Assembly (NCBI GenBank): GCA_034659915.1
Contig: JAYEID010000002.1
Location: forward strand, 2,089 to 66,088
DNA from: Patescibacteria group bacterium
GTDB taxonomy: Bacteria; Patescibacteriota; WWE3; JAUXAW01; JAYEID01
Direction of reading: 5' to 3'
Length of the DNA stretch: 64,000 nt
Under the pieces are notes generated by a model. The model saw nothing but the letters and a program-made list of their open reading frames with translations. It was not told the origin of the DNA and ran no database searches. Positions 29,007-38,921 of the stretch are shown here, in pieces (position 1 is the first letter of the stretch; the number at the start of each line of letters is the position of its first letter). The position numbers were made by a program, and so were the translations under genes.

Positions 29007-30950
29007 ATGACCTCGCAATTCAAAAAAACACTCCTTTTTATTATTATTTTTTCCTCGATTTTCCTTTTTTACTTTTCTCCGCTTGTGTTTAATGTATTTG
29101 GTTCAAGAACTTTGGGTTATTGGGGCGACAAGTTGGGGTTAATTGCCCGCTTGAGGGAAGGGCGCATCGGCTTTTTGAATCAACCTGCGTTACGCTTGAT
29201 GATTGGAATTCTTCGATCGGGTTTTTCTCCTTTTGGAGTTTATAATTTTTTGGTTCTTTTGAGTTTTCCTTTGACCTGCTTTTTTTCTTACCGGTTTTTC
29301 TGTAAAGTTCTGGGCAACGGAAAGACCCTTGAAAACAATAAGACCCGTCCTTCAGGAAAGGACGGGTCTTTCTATCTCTGTGGGGATGGGGGTTTCCTCT
29401 CTTTTCTCTCCTTTGTGCTAGCATTGATTTTTACTTTTTCCCCTTATCATATTTATAAAAGTTATAACCACGTTGACCTTGCGCAGATTTGGGTTTTTCC
29501 TCTTTTCTTTTCTGCGCTTTTGGATTTTGATTATGCAATTAGAAAACGTTTTTTGAGCAGTCATCCTGATCCCGACTTATCGGGAGAAGGATCTACTGCG
29601 AGGGACCTATACAGCAGGGGATTCTTCACCCCCGACAGGTCGGGGGTTCAGAATGACGAGGGAAATATTGTGCAAGCTACTTTGAGGCTTTCTGTTGTGA
29701 TGGCGGGGACGACGTTGATTTCTAATTATTATGGATACTTTACCTTGCTGATAATTGCGATATATTTCACTATTGAACTTTTACGAAATATTGAGAAATA
29801 TGTGCATAGATTTGAGTTATCAGCTACTGATTTACGCAGATTGATAACGGATTTACGCCGATTGTTGAAAACGAACGCTAATCAACGCGAATTGAAAACG
29901 AATATACGCGAATTGAAGAAGGATTTTCGCGGATGGATAGCTGATTTACGCCGATCAGAGGATTCACGTGGATTAATAGCTGATTCACACAGATCGGAAA
30001 ACGAAATGCCGAATGCGGATGGCGGAATGCGGATGGCGGAACGCGGTTTACAAATTACCAGTTACCTGTTACTAGTTGCAAGTTACGTTCTTTTCACCGT
30101 TCCTTTTTTGCTGCCCTATATACGCGGGATTTATTTTGGGGATACTGGTGGTGATGAAGTTGTAGCTCGGGTGGCAACTGGTGTTTCTCGGCGAGATGTG
30201 ACGGATTTTGTGGCTTTTTCCGCGCGGCCGTGGTATTACATTGTTCCCTCTATTGACCACCCTATTTTTGGCAACTTTGCTCAAGGTGTACACGACTGGT
30301 TTGAAAGCACGGGATACTTCCTTTTTGATGATTTTTTTTGGGAAGAACATTCGGCGGTCTATTTAGGAATAGTTAATTTAATTTTGACAGGTTACGCTAT
30401 ATATAAGTTATTCTGGGCAAAAAGAACCGCCGAATGCGGGGTAGAAAATAATGAATATGGAATAAGGAAAGAGGAGGAAATGGTAGATGATAAATTGCAA
30501 ATTTCGAACAATGAAAAAAATGGCAGGGGTACTAGTTACGATCCGCCAGCTGGCGGAACGAATTACATTTCTCTCTTTTTCTGGCTTGGGGTTGGTCTGT
30601 TCATTCTTTCCATGCCGCCGTTTATTTCGTTGGGTTTTGCAAAAATTTATTTACCTTCTTATCTTTTGATGAAGGTCTTTCCGATGTTTAGGACAATTTC
30701 TCGCTTGGGGCTTCCTTTGCTTCTTTGCGTTTTGGTTCTTACCGGCTACGGTTTACAGTTGTTGAAGGAGCGATTTTCTCTTTCTCGTACTAGTTACTTG
30801 TTACTAGTTACCAGTTATTGTTTCCTAGCGCTCTTCGAATTCTACTTCCCGCCGGTGATTAAAAAGGTTCCTCCCGGAGGGTGGCGAATTGATTTCGATA
30901 TTATTTCCGAAAATCCAGAGGTGCGTGAGGTGAATATTATTGAAGAGTAA
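29007..30950 (+). CDS. GT-C-like polytopic membrane protein heavily interrupted by in-frame repeats
   Basis: IFTFSPYH, YYGYF, YLG, FPMFRTISR motifs separated by repeat-encoded loops. Confidence 0.7.
   Translation: MTSQFKKTLLFIIIFSSIFLFYFSPLVFNVFGSRTLGYWGDKLGLIARLREGRIGFLNQPALRLMIGILRSGFSPFGVYNFLVLLSFPLTCFFSYRFFCKVLGNGKTLENNKTRPSGKDGSFYLCGDGGFLSFLSFVLALIFTFSPYHIYKSYNHVDLAQIWVFPLFFSALLDFDYAIRKRFLSSHPDPDLSGEGSTARDLYSRGFFTPDRSGVQNDEGNIVQATLRLSVVMAGTTLISNYYGYFTLLIIAIYFTIELLRNIEKYVHRFELSATDLRRLITDLRRLLKTNANQRELKTNIRELKKDFRGWIADLRRSEDSRGLIADSHRSENEMPNADGGMRMAERGLQITSYLLLVASYVLFTVPFLLPYIRGIYFGDTGGDEVVARVATGVSRRDVTDFVAFSARPWYYIVPSIDHPIFGNFAQGVHDWFESTGYFLFDDFFWEEHSAVYLGIVNLILTGYAIYKLFWAKRTAECGVENNEYGIRKEEEMVDDKLQISNNEKNGRGTSYDPPAGGTNYISLFFWLGVGLFILSMPPFISLGFAKIYLPSYLLMKVFPMFRTISRLGLPLLLCVLVLTGYGLQLLKERFSLSRTSYLLLVTSYCFLALFEFYFPPVIKKVPPGGWRIDFDIISENPEVREVNIIEE
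29340..29370. repeat. Family B doublet (intragenic)
   Basis: AAGACCCGTCCTT-cagga-AAGGACGGGTCTT; encodes KTRPSGKDGSF. Confidence 0.9.
29560..29657. repeat. Family D element with two nested CCCGAC..(G/A)TCGGG hairpins (intragenic)
   Basis: GTCATCCTGA...GAAGGATCT...GATTCTTC...TTCAGAATGAC. Confidence 0.88.
29827..30087. repeat. In-frame tandem arrays (GATTTACGCNGAT, AACGCGAAT, TGCGGAT, GTTACTA units)
   Basis: Encodes TDLRRLITDLRRLL...ADLRR...MRMAERG...TSYLLLVASY. Confidence 0.85.
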
Positions 30951-31000
30951 CGAAGCGGGGAGCGGAGTGCGGAAAAGTTATTGTGCTAATATACATAACA

Positions 31001-32656
31001 ATGCGTGATTCACAGAAAGTTTTTTTATTACTTTGTTTTTTTACAGCGCTACGGATAGCTCTTTTTGATGTAAATGCTTGTGAGTGGGGAGATTCATATC
31101 GAGTTCTTGCTAGCGCAAAAAGAATTTCCGAGCTTTCCTTTCCTTTAGAAAATTTTCAATTACCTTTCTTCTCTGCTTTTATTGCTCCTTTCCTTTTCAT
31201 TTTTAAGCCTTTGGTTGCTGGAAGATTGGTTGCCGCCTTGGCTAGTTTTGTGGTTTTAATTCTTTCCTACGAGGTTTCCAAAAAAATATTTCCTGAGCGC
31301 GATTTTCACATTTGGGTACCTGTTATTTTAGCCCTATCTCCAGTTTTCTTTTATTGGTCGCTACGGATAACCTCTATCACCATTTTTACTGCGCTTGTGC
31401 TTTTAGCTTTTTACCTTTTTTATGATTGGCGGGTGGATCTAGTTCCCCGTTTAATTAAGGAAGATCCTCCCCTTCTTAACTATATTTTTATTGGGCTTGT
31501 TATTGGCTTGGCTTGTCTTACCCGGAGAGAAGGAATTTTGCTTTTACCCGGTTTTCTTTTTTATTTTCTTAGACAAAAAAGATGGGTAGAAACAATTCTT
31601 TTTATTTTTGCTTGGGCAGTTGTGGTTTTGCCTTTATTTTTTGGTGGTAGTTTTGTTTTTGCAAATTTTTCTCCTAACACTTTTCTCGCTGACTTATTTT
31701 CTTATCAAGTTGTAACTTGGAATTGGGTTTGGTTTTTTTCCCTTTCTTATCTTTTCTTGTTTATATTTCCGCCCTTTTTTGTGTTTGTTTTTAAAGGTGT
31801 GTTTTCTTTTTTGGAAACTACGCGAGATATGTTGGTGCACTTCCCTCTTTTTGCTTTTATTCTCTTGTTAGAAATTTTGGTTCTCTTGCTTTGGACTTTT
31901 TCTGTTCCCTTAGTTTTGATTCCTTTAATGCCGTTGATTTTACCCTTCTTTTTGGAAGGTGTGGAGAAAATTTTTGCAAAACAGGATGGAGTTGTATTTA
32001 GAACTTGTATTCTTGTGCCTTGGTTTTTTGTTAGTTTGGGTTTGTTTGTGCTGTATATTGTCGGACAGTATTATGTGCGTTCCTATTTTCTTGTTCTTTC
32101 TCGCGGGGGATTGGTACTTGCTTTGGCTTTTTCTGCCTTAGCTTTAATTGCCCTTTTTATTCAAAATGCTGAGAAAGGGCGTAAACTTTTCTTTGCTTCT
32201 TTAGTTGCTGCTTTATCTGTTTCTTCCTTCGTCGTGATTGGAAATCAACGCAAGGTCTATGCTACTGTAGCAAGTTTGGCAAAGAAAGCTCAGAGTTTGG
32301 AAGGTAGGGTTGCCTACTCAGATGAAACTGGTGTTTCTTGGTGGTATTTGGATATCCAAAGCGATAAGGGTGTTTATTATGAGCAAGATATGAATTATGA
32401 AGAGGATGAACAATGGCAGTGGTTGAAGGAGAACAATATTCATTATCTTTTGTGGACCACAGAGTTTAATCGGGGTAGTGTTTTAGATATTGTGAATGCA
32501 GATAATTATAAAGATAGATTTGAACTTAAATTCCAGCGCGAACAAGAGATTGCAGATGCTATTGATACCTTTTTAATTAGACAAGGTGTTTTGCCGGAGA
32601 GGGAGTATCCGGAGTTGGAGAGTAGAATATATGAAGTAAAATCGGATTTACGCTGA
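31001..32656 (+). CDS. GT-C (PMT/ArnT-like) glycosyltransferase
   Basis: EWGDS.R, LACLTRREG, multi-TM. ATG 31001 preferred to GTG 30983. Confidence 0.78.
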   Translation: MRDSQKVFLLLCFFTALRIALFDVNACEWGDSYRVLASAKRISELSFPLENFQLPFFSAFIAPFLFIFKPLVAGRLVAALASFVVLILSYEVSKKIFPERDFHIWVPVILALSPVFFYWSLRITSITIFTALVLLAFYLFYDWRVDLVPRLIKEDPPLLNYIFIGLVIGLACLTRREGILLLPGFLFYFLRQKRWVETILFIFAWAVVVLPLFFGGSFVFANFSPNTFLADLFSYQVVTWNWVWFFSLSYLFLFIFPPFFVFVFKGVFSFLETTRDMLVHFPLFAFILLLEILVLLLWTFSVPLVLIPLMPLILPFFLEGVEKIFAKQDGVVFRTCILVPWFFVSLGLFVLYIVGQYYVRSYFLVLSRGGLVLALAFSALALIALFIQNAEKGRKLFFASLVAALSVSSFVVIGNQRKVYATVASLAKKAQSLEGRVAYSDETGVSWWYLDIQSDKGVYYEQDMNYEEDEQWQWLKENNIHYLLWTTEFNRGSVLDIVNADNYKDRFELKFQREQEIADAIDTFLIRQGVLPEREYPELESRIYEVKSDLR

Positions 32657-32702
32657 TCTGCCTCATCGGCAGACAAGTTGATAGCTGATTCTCGCCAATA
32701 TT

Positions 32703-33383
32703 ATGGATCTTTCTGTAGTGGTACCTGTTTATAATGAAAAAGAAACTATTGAGGAAGTTATTAGTAGGGTCCAAGCATTACCTTTGGAGAAAGAGATAAT
32801 CTTGGTTGATGATAATTCTACCGATGGTTCAACTGAGATTTTAAAAAAGTATCAGGAGGAGAGAAACATTAAGGTGGTGTTTTTTTCTGAAAATAGGGGA
32901 AAGGGTATAGCTCTTAGGGAGGGGTTTGAACACGTTTCTGGTTTGTATACTGTGGTGCAAGATGGTGATTTGGAATATGATCCCCGGGATCTAGTAAAGA
33001 TGTATGAATTTGCCAGGGAGAAAAATGCAGATGTGGTTTATGGAAACCGGTTTTGGGAAGAAGGAAAACCAGAAGGAATGGCTTGGGGAAATTATATTTT
33101 TAATTTAGTACTGGCTAAGCTGGCTACTGTTTTGTATGGTCGAAAAATTAATGACGCTGCTACCTGTTATAAAATGTTTAGGACGGAGTTTTTAAAAAGC
33201 TTGTCTTTGGAGTGTAGGGGCTTTGAGTTTTGTTCCGAAGTTACTGCCAAGTCCCGATTGCGCGGAAAAAGGATTTATGAAGTGCCTATTTCCTATACAC
33301 CGCGAACTGTCTGCGAGGGAAAGAAAATCCGCCCGTGGCATGCTCTTGATTTTTTCTGGGCATTGTTGAAATATAGGTTATGA
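32703..33383 (+). CDS. GT2 polyprenol-phosphate glycosyltransferase (DPM synthase-like)
   Basis: VVVPVYNE, DDNSTDGS, NRGKG, QDGDLEYDP, EVPISY.PR...GKKI. Confidence 0.92.
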   Translation: MDLSVVVPVYNEKETIEEVISRVQALPLEKEIILVDDNSTDGSTEILKKYQEERNIKVVFFSENRGKGIALREGFEHVSGLYTVVQDGDLEYDPRDLVKMYEFAREKNADVVYGNRFWEEGKPEGMAWGNYIFNLVLAKLATVLYGRKINDAATCYKMFRTEFLKSLSLECRGFEFCSEVTAKSRLRGKRIYEVPISYTPRTVCEGKKIRPWHALDFFWALLKYRL

Positions 33384-33571
33384 GGTTAGCGAATTGGTAT
33401 GGCTAATTTACGCGAGTTTAATAGCGCGAATTAATGCGAATAATCAGTAGTAGGAAGTAGCTAGCAACTAACACCTAGTAATTAGAGACTTGGCTTGCCG
33501 GTAGGTACTGACAGTAGTGTGTTTTTATTAAGTCAGTTTACTTTATCAATTATAAAAAACTGCATGAGATA

Positions 33572-35161
33572 GTGAACAATAGCCGAAAGACACTTTTATT
33601 AACAGGATTTATTTTTTTAATTTTTTTCATTCCTCGTGTTATTTCCCTAGGTCAAAGTATGGTTTCGGATGGGGGGGCGCGTTTCTGGCAGCCGCGGTCT
33701 CGTGAGTTTAGGCAGGCGGTGTTGGAAGGTGATTGGGAATCAACCTATCGCAAATACCACCCGGGGGTAACTGTTATGTGGCTTTCTGGTTTTTCTGAGC
33801 ATCTGTTTGAGAAAGCAGCTGAGTTTAAGCTGGGACGTAATTTACGAAACGAACCTCGCTACGAACCTTATCGCCAAATTGCTTTGAAGCTGCCTTTGGT
33901 GTTTGTAATTTCAGCAGTGGCAGCTTTTTGTTTTTATTTGCTTAGAAGCGTAGTTGATACTGGATTTGCGTTTTTAGCTTTACTCTTTCTTTGTTTGGAA
34001 CCCTTTTTCCTAGGTATTAGTAGATATGTGCATGTTTCTGCTTTGGTTGGAATATTGCCTTTTGCAGTTTTAGTAGCAGCTTATCTTTATCTAAAAAAGG
34101 GGGAGTGGGTTTATCTTATTTTAGCCGGGGCATTTTTTGGCTTATCTGTGATGACTAAAATTGTTGGTGTGGTGGCGGGGGTTTCAGTTTTTGTTCTCTT
34201 TTTAATTTTGCGTAAATTTTGGGAACATTTTAAAAATAAAGATTTTTGGAAGCAGTATATTTTGGAGATGCTAGTTTTTGGTGGTATTGCACTTCTGGTT
34301 TTCTTTTTGTGTTTTCCTGCTGTGTGGATGGATGTAATTGGTGTGTGTCGGCGAATAATAAATGAGGGTGCTATGGGAGTTGCGTTTAGAGGTATTCGCC
34401 CGGATATGATTGTTGATTCAGATTTTACTTATTATTTGGAGATTTTTATTTTCCGTTCAACTCCTGTGGCTGTTTTCTTTTTCTTTTTGTCCTTCTATTA
34501 TCTTTTGAGTGCTAAAGAAAGTGAGGAAAAGAGATTTTCGCTAGCTGCGTTGATTTTTTATGCAGTGACCTGGTTTGCTCTTTCTTATCCTTCAAAGTTA
34601 AAAGATCGGTATTTGGTTGATCTTTATCCATATACTTCTGTTTTATCTGCATACGGGGTATGGGAACTTACCAAGAATTGCGGCAAAAAATTAAAAGTTG
34701 TTCTTGGTTGTGTTGCTGTGTTGTTTTATGGTTCTATTTTTGTGCGTTATCATCCTGAGTATTCTTTTTATTATAATGATGCTCTTGGCGGTGCTGCTGG
34801 GCGCGAGGAACTGGGGCTTTCAGTTAAGAACCGAGGCGAGTATTATGCTCAAGTTGCTACTTATTTAAATAGCTCGGCTCCGGAGCCCGAGATTTGTAAT
34901 AAAAATGCAGTTGTTCTTGATCGGGAAAGAATACCAAGCTTTAAAAACCATTTTATGGGTAAAACATTTTCTGATCCTTCTAATATGCCTGATGGTTATC
35001 ACGCCCACTATTTTGTGACTGATGCTAGATATATTTCTCAAGTGCCGGAGACTTGCTCTTTAATTAAAGAGTTTGGTCCCCGCTTTTATCCTCGGCATAC
35101 TGCATTGTATGTATATGATTGCGGTAAGTCTATAGACAATACTTATGATACTTCAAATTGA
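33572..35161 (+). CDS. GT-C (ArnT-like) glycosyltransferase, paralog 1
   Basis: YHPGVTVMW, LEPFFLGISRY, KDRYL. Confidence 0.82.
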   Translation: MNNSRKTLLLTGFIFLIFFIPRVISLGQSMVSDGGARFWQPRSREFRQAVLEGDWESTYRKYHPGVTVMWLSGFSEHLFEKAAEFKLGRNLRNEPRYEPYRQIALKLPLVFVISAVAAFCFYLLRSVVDTGFAFLALLFLCLEPFFLGISRYVHVSALVGILPFAVLVAAYLYLKKGEWVYLILAGAFFGLSVMTKIVGVVAGVSVFVLFLILRKFWEHFKNKDFWKQYILEMLVFGGIALLVFFLCFPAVWMDVIGVCRRIINEGAMGVAFRGIRPDMIVDSDFTYYLEIFIFRSTPVAVFFFFLSFYYLLSAKESEEKRFSLAALIFYAVTWFALSYPSKLKDRYLVDLYPYTSVLSAYGVWELTKNCGKKLKVVLGCVAVLFYGSIFVRYHPEYSFYYNDALGGAAGREELGLSVKNRGEYYAQVATYLNSSAPEPEICNKNAVVLDRERIPSFKNHFMGKTFSDPSNMPDGYHAHYFVTDARYISQVPETCSLIKEFGPRFYPRHTALYVYDCGKSIDNTYDTSN

Positions 35162-36761
35162 TAAACTTAAATCTGGGTTGGACCAAAAACGATTGCTAAT
35201 TTTGTTAGTTTTTTTAATTTTCTTTGTTCCCCGGATTGTTTCTTTGGGCTGGGATCTTACTAATATTGATGCGCACCATTGGCGGCCAAGAATGTGGAAT
35301 TTTTGGGAGGGTTTGGAAAGTGGTAACTTTGGAAAAACTTATCAAAAGTATCATCCCGGTGTTACCTTAATGTGGATTTCTGGTAGTTCTGAACGAGTTT
35401 TTGATCATCTAAGTGAATTCTTATTGGGTTACAATACTCGTAATCTTCCAAAATGGTATCCTTACCGACATTTTGCAGCTAAAGCTCCTTTAGTAATAGT
35501 TATCTCTATTTTAGGTGCCTATTGCTATTTTGTGTTAAAGAAAGCTACAACTAGCACATATGCACTTATATTTTCTATTCTTCTTTCACTTGAACCGTTT
35601 TTTCTTGGTGTTAGCCGTTATTTGCATCTTTCTGCGCTAACTTCAATGTTTATGTTTAGTTCCTTTATAACATTGTATCTTTACACTTTAGAGAAGAAGC
35701 GGTGGCAGTTTGTGCTATCCGCAGTTTTTTTGGGATTGGCAGTATTGACTAAAGTTAATGGGGTGATAGTGGCTTTTACTAATGCGCTACTTTTAGTTTC
35801 TTCTTGTTTTGATTCTCTTGATGATCTGGGCGATTTTTCCAGGTGGAAAAAGTTTTTTGTTCGGGGTTTTGGTTATGCTGCTATTTCTGTTTTTGTATTT
35901 TTTGCTCTTTGGCCCGCAATGTGGGTAGAGCCGCTTGGTGTTGTTAGAAAGATGCTGGATAAGGGTATTGGAGATACTGCTTTTGATAGTGATGGCGCGG
36001 TTATGCTTGTCCCTACCCGCTATTTGTTTTACTTTGAAACGTTTTTCTTGCGTTCCTCACCAATTACTGCTTTGTTGTTTGTTCTTTCTCTGCCTTTAGC
36101 ATTATTTTCTGATTCAGATTTAAAAAACATAAAAAAGCTGTTGCTTTTCTCCCTTTCTTTCCTTTTCTTTAGCTGGTTGTTTTTGTCTATTCCTGATAAG
36201 GTAAAGGACCGCTATTTAATTTCTATGTACCCCGCGTTTTTTGTTTATATTAGTTTTGCTTTGTATGAAATATTGCAACTAGTTCCCAAGCGTGCTGCGG
36301 TTTTAATTTTATTTTTCTTGGGGTCTTATTATGGCTTGACTATTTATAGGTATCACCCACAATATTCTTTTTACTGGAATGATGCTATTGGTGGTCAGCA
36401 CGGGTTAAAGGCTCTGGGCTTGCCAACAATTCGAAGGGGGGAGTATTTTTATCAAGCTGCTTTTTATATAAATAAACTAAGTGATGAGCCGCGAGATAAA
36501 AATACTGTTATTTTTAACTTTGGTATGGAGCCTTGTTTTAAATTTGCTTTTTATGGCAAGACTTTTACAAGTTGGGGTTTTATGCCTGATGGATATCATG
36601 CCCATTATATTGTAACCAGTCCTGAGTATTTGGATAAAGTTCCGTCTTTTTGTGAGTTTAAGAAGACGTTTGGTGTGCGTTCTCCCAATCCTTATCCAGC
36701 TGTTAGAGTTTTTGAATGCGGGAAGAAGATAGATAACACTTTCGAAGAGGAAGATACCTAA
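35145..36761 (+). CDS. GT-C (ArnT-like) glycosyltransferase, tandem paralog 2
   Basis: Shares YHPGVTLMW, LEPFFLG.SRY and MPDGYHAHY with the upstream gene. Confidence 0.82.
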   Translation: MILQIDKLKSGLDQKRLLILLVFLIFFVPRIVSLGWDLTNIDAHHWRPRMWNFWEGLESGNFGKTYQKYHPGVTLMWISGSSERVFDHLSEFLLGYNTRNLPKWYPYRHFAAKAPLVIVISILGAYCYFVLKKATTSTYALIFSILLSLEPFFLGVSRYLHLSALTSMFMFSSFITLYLYTLEKKRWQFVLSAVFLGLAVLTKVNGVIVAFTNALLLVSSCFDSLDDLGDFSRWKKFFVRGFGYAAISVFVFFALWPAMWVEPLGVVRKMLDKGIGDTAFDSDGAVMLVPTRYLFYFETFFLRSSPITALLFVLSLPLALFSDSDLKNIKKLLLFSLSFLFFSWLFLSIPDKVKDRYLISMYPAFFVYISFALYEILQLVPKRAAVLILFFLGSYYGLTIYRYHPQYSFYWNDAIGGQHGLKALGLPTIRRGEYFYQAAFYINKLSDEPRDKNTVIFNFGMEPCFKFAFYGKTFTSWGFMPDGYHAHYIVTSPEYLDKVPSFCEFKKTFGVRSPNPYPAVRVFECGKKIDNTFEEEDT

Positions 36762-36915
36762 CTAGCCTCTGTTTTTCTTCAAAAAATTTTACCGGCGAGT
36801 TTAAGAATATGTCTTTATTTTAAAGATATGTATAGGCTGGATTTATAGCGAGGGATGTCTTATAATATTAGTTACTGTCTTTGGCAAGGTTACTTGTTCA
36901 ATTAGGAGGTGGGAA

Positions 36916-37242
36916 ATGGGTACGCCGGTTGAGACCATTGGGGATTTTACCGGGCTTGTAGCGACGCCCGAGTGGAGATGGGAGATGGGGTTGTCGGAGG
37001 GCGCAGCGCTCCTTATTATCCGTGTTGTGGGTATACTTCAACGTGCGCCTTTGGATCGCTTTGGGGATAGTGTCGCTTTGAGTGCGGCACTTCCCGATAT
37101 TAGGAGCGCTGTAGAGGATTTTAAGGACCGGAGCTCGGAGGGAGATCTGCTTATGGAAAAGGTACTTTCCGCAAGTGGTGATCCGGGGGAAGAAGCTCTG
37201 GATTTTTTGGATACTTTGGAGGTGAAGAGCGCGTACTGCTAG
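36916..37242 (+). CDS. Hypothetical protein
   Basis: Strong SD AGGAGGT, TATAAT upstream, 108 aa. Confidence 0.7.
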   Translation: MGTPVETIGDFTGLVATPEWRWEMGLSEGAALLIIRVVGILQRAPLDRFGDSVALSAALPDIRSAVEDFKDRSSEGDLLMEKVLSASGDPGEEALDFLDTLEVKSAYC

Positions 37243-37340
37243 TTCCGGTAGGGTAGGAGGAAAGGTGTTTGTTGTCTATTTCGAGAAGGTTAAATTAGGA
37301 ACCGGAAGGACCGGCTCACTAACAGATGGAGGGAGATTCG

Positions 37341-38090
37341 ATGAGTGCTGTAGAGGAGAGGTTCGACGTCTGTGCTGCGCTTGGGGAAAAGCAAAGGATG
37401 TTTGACCCTAACGTAGGAGAATGGTTTGAGTTTTTGGTAACTGACCCGCTTATTATATGTGCACCTGCGCAGTTTTGGTATGTGCAGAGGGTCTTTCCAC
37501 ACTGGTTGGCAGATCTCGAGGTAGCTGGTTTGCGCGTTTTGGGGTGGGAAATACCCGAACCTGGAGCTTATCTAACCGAATCGCGCCAGTTTAAACCAAG
37601 AGGTCTTTACGGGGCACGGACAGAGGTCAACTTTTCAGTTAAGTTGGCAACGCAAGGTGCAATTCGTGACATGGGCGTGGAAGACGATAATGTGGTGACA
37701 GGGGTTGTGAGCCTTGTTCGCAAGAAGTTCGCACTTTTTGTGCTAGAAAAGTACCCACTACCTTTCGATCCATTGAATCCTCTTTACGAAGCGGAGTCAA
37801 GAGTAAGTCTTTTTGGTGGGCTCCCGCGTGCTTCAGTAGAGGAGCTGGAATTGTGTAGGTTCAAGGAGTTTCTAGATGAGGAAGGCGCTGCGTTGCTTTC
37901 CTTTGAGACTAGAAAGTACAATTATTCGTCGAGTGTGATGCTCTTTGAGGGAGCTTTTACTTGGCACCATCCTTTTTCCGAGCTAGCTATTATGGGAGTT
38001 CGGAGGCGTGCGGGGGAATGGTTGGGAAGAAAGTCGCGACTTAAGCATCCGATCCGGGAGTTCCATTTGGATTTTGAGTCACCAAGGTAG
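37341..38090 (+). CDS. Hypothetical protein
   Basis: Long open frame; ATG 37341 follows GGAGGG; a terminator follows. Confidence 0.7.
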   Translation: MSAVEERFDVCAALGEKQRMFDPNVGEWFEFLVTDPLIICAPAQFWYVQRVFPHWLADLEVAGLRVLGWEIPEPGAYLTESRQFKPRGLYGARTEVNFSVKLATQGAIRDMGVEDDNVVTGVVSLVRKKFALFVLEKYPLPFDPLNPLYEAESRVSLFGGLPRASVEELELCRFKEFLDEEGAALLSFETRKYNYSSSVMLFEGAFTWHHPFSELAIMGVRRRAGEWLGRKSRLKHPIREFHLDFESPR

Positions 38091-38113
38091 AGCTGAGTAG
38101 CGAAGAATATATT

Positions 38114-38157
38114 GCCGGAGTTTTGGACGTTCGCGTCCCGGGCTCCGGCCTTTTTTT
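38114..38157 (+). terminator. Intrinsic terminator
   Basis: GCCGGAG..GGACG-TTCG-CGTCC..CTCCGGC followed by T7. Confidence 0.8.
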
Positions 38158-38219
38158 GCGATATGAAAGGACGATATGAAAGGACGGGTCTTGCGAGCTA
38201 CTGTTTTTATAGGAAAAAG

Positions 38220-38873
38220 TCAATCTAGCATTAAATATTTCAGATTGAGTTTTTCTGGTTCGGTTATTGGGGCTTCTGTGAATTTCTTGTATTCTACGTT
38301 TTTTGGTTCTGGGAGTTGGTCCAGTGTAGGATTGGTATTGATTAGGTTGTTGGGTTCATTGCCAATGTAAATGTGATAGCTGGACCACGGGTAATCTTCT
38401 GGGTTTCTAACTATGCCGGATTGACACGGGTTAAGATGAATATATCTGGAGAGGTTTAGTAAATCTGCATCGTCTGCTACCTCGCGTGCTTTAAATCTTC
38501 CTTGAAAAAGGGACCCGACACGCTCATATTTTTGATTGAAGTACATTACATAAGTGGTGCCAATTGTTCTCATAAAGTTACTTATGCTTTTTTCTTGGTC
38601 TAGTTGTTTGAGGATAAAGTGGAAGTGGTTGGGCATAAGTGTGTAAGCAATTAGACTAACTTTTTCTCTAAATTTGCCCAAGTTGGAAAGTCCCATCCTT
38701 GCGGAAAGGACGGGACTTTCCTTTCCCTTTTCTCTTAATATTAAATAGTATCGGAGTATGTTTGTGAAGTTTTTATAATCGGCGTAATCTACAAAAATTG
38801 TACGCTTTTCAACTCCGCGGTTGTAAATGTGGTAGTAGCCACCTTTGTGGAAAATAGTTTTTCGATAAGGCAT
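38220..38873 (-). CDS. rayT: REP-associated tyrosine transposase (Y1 HUH, IS200-like fold)
   Basis: YHIYNRG, LMPNHFH (HUH), GSLFQGRFK, RYIHLNP (catalytic Tyr), YPWSSY. Confidence 0.9.
   Translation of the reverse strand: MPYRKTIFHKGGYYHIYNRGVEKRTIFVDYADYKNFTNILRYYLILREKGKESPVLSARMGLSNLGKFREKVSLIAYTLMPNHFHFILKQLDQEKSISNFMRTIGTTYVMYFNQKYERVGSLFQGRFKAREVADDADLLNLSRYIHLNPCQSGIVRNPEDYPWSSYHIYIGNEPNNLINTNPTLDQLPEPKNVEYKKFTEAPITEPEKLNLKYLMLD
38685..38721. repeat. Family B doublet inside the RAYT gene
   Basis: GGAAAGTCCCATCCTT-gcgga-AAGGACGGGACTTTCC; encodes KESPVLSARMGLS. Confidence 0.85.
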
Positions 38874-38921
38874 AAGATTAAGGCTCGCAAGACCCGTCCT
38901 TGCAAACGTCCTTGCAAAATA

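Larger units (their letters stand above)
38180..38901. mobile_element. RAYT-like cassette 1 bounded by a perfect 19-bp inverted repeat (family B)
   Basis: AAGGACGGGTCTTGCGAGC (38180-98) / GCTCGCAAGACCCGTCCTT (38883-901). Confidence 0.85.
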
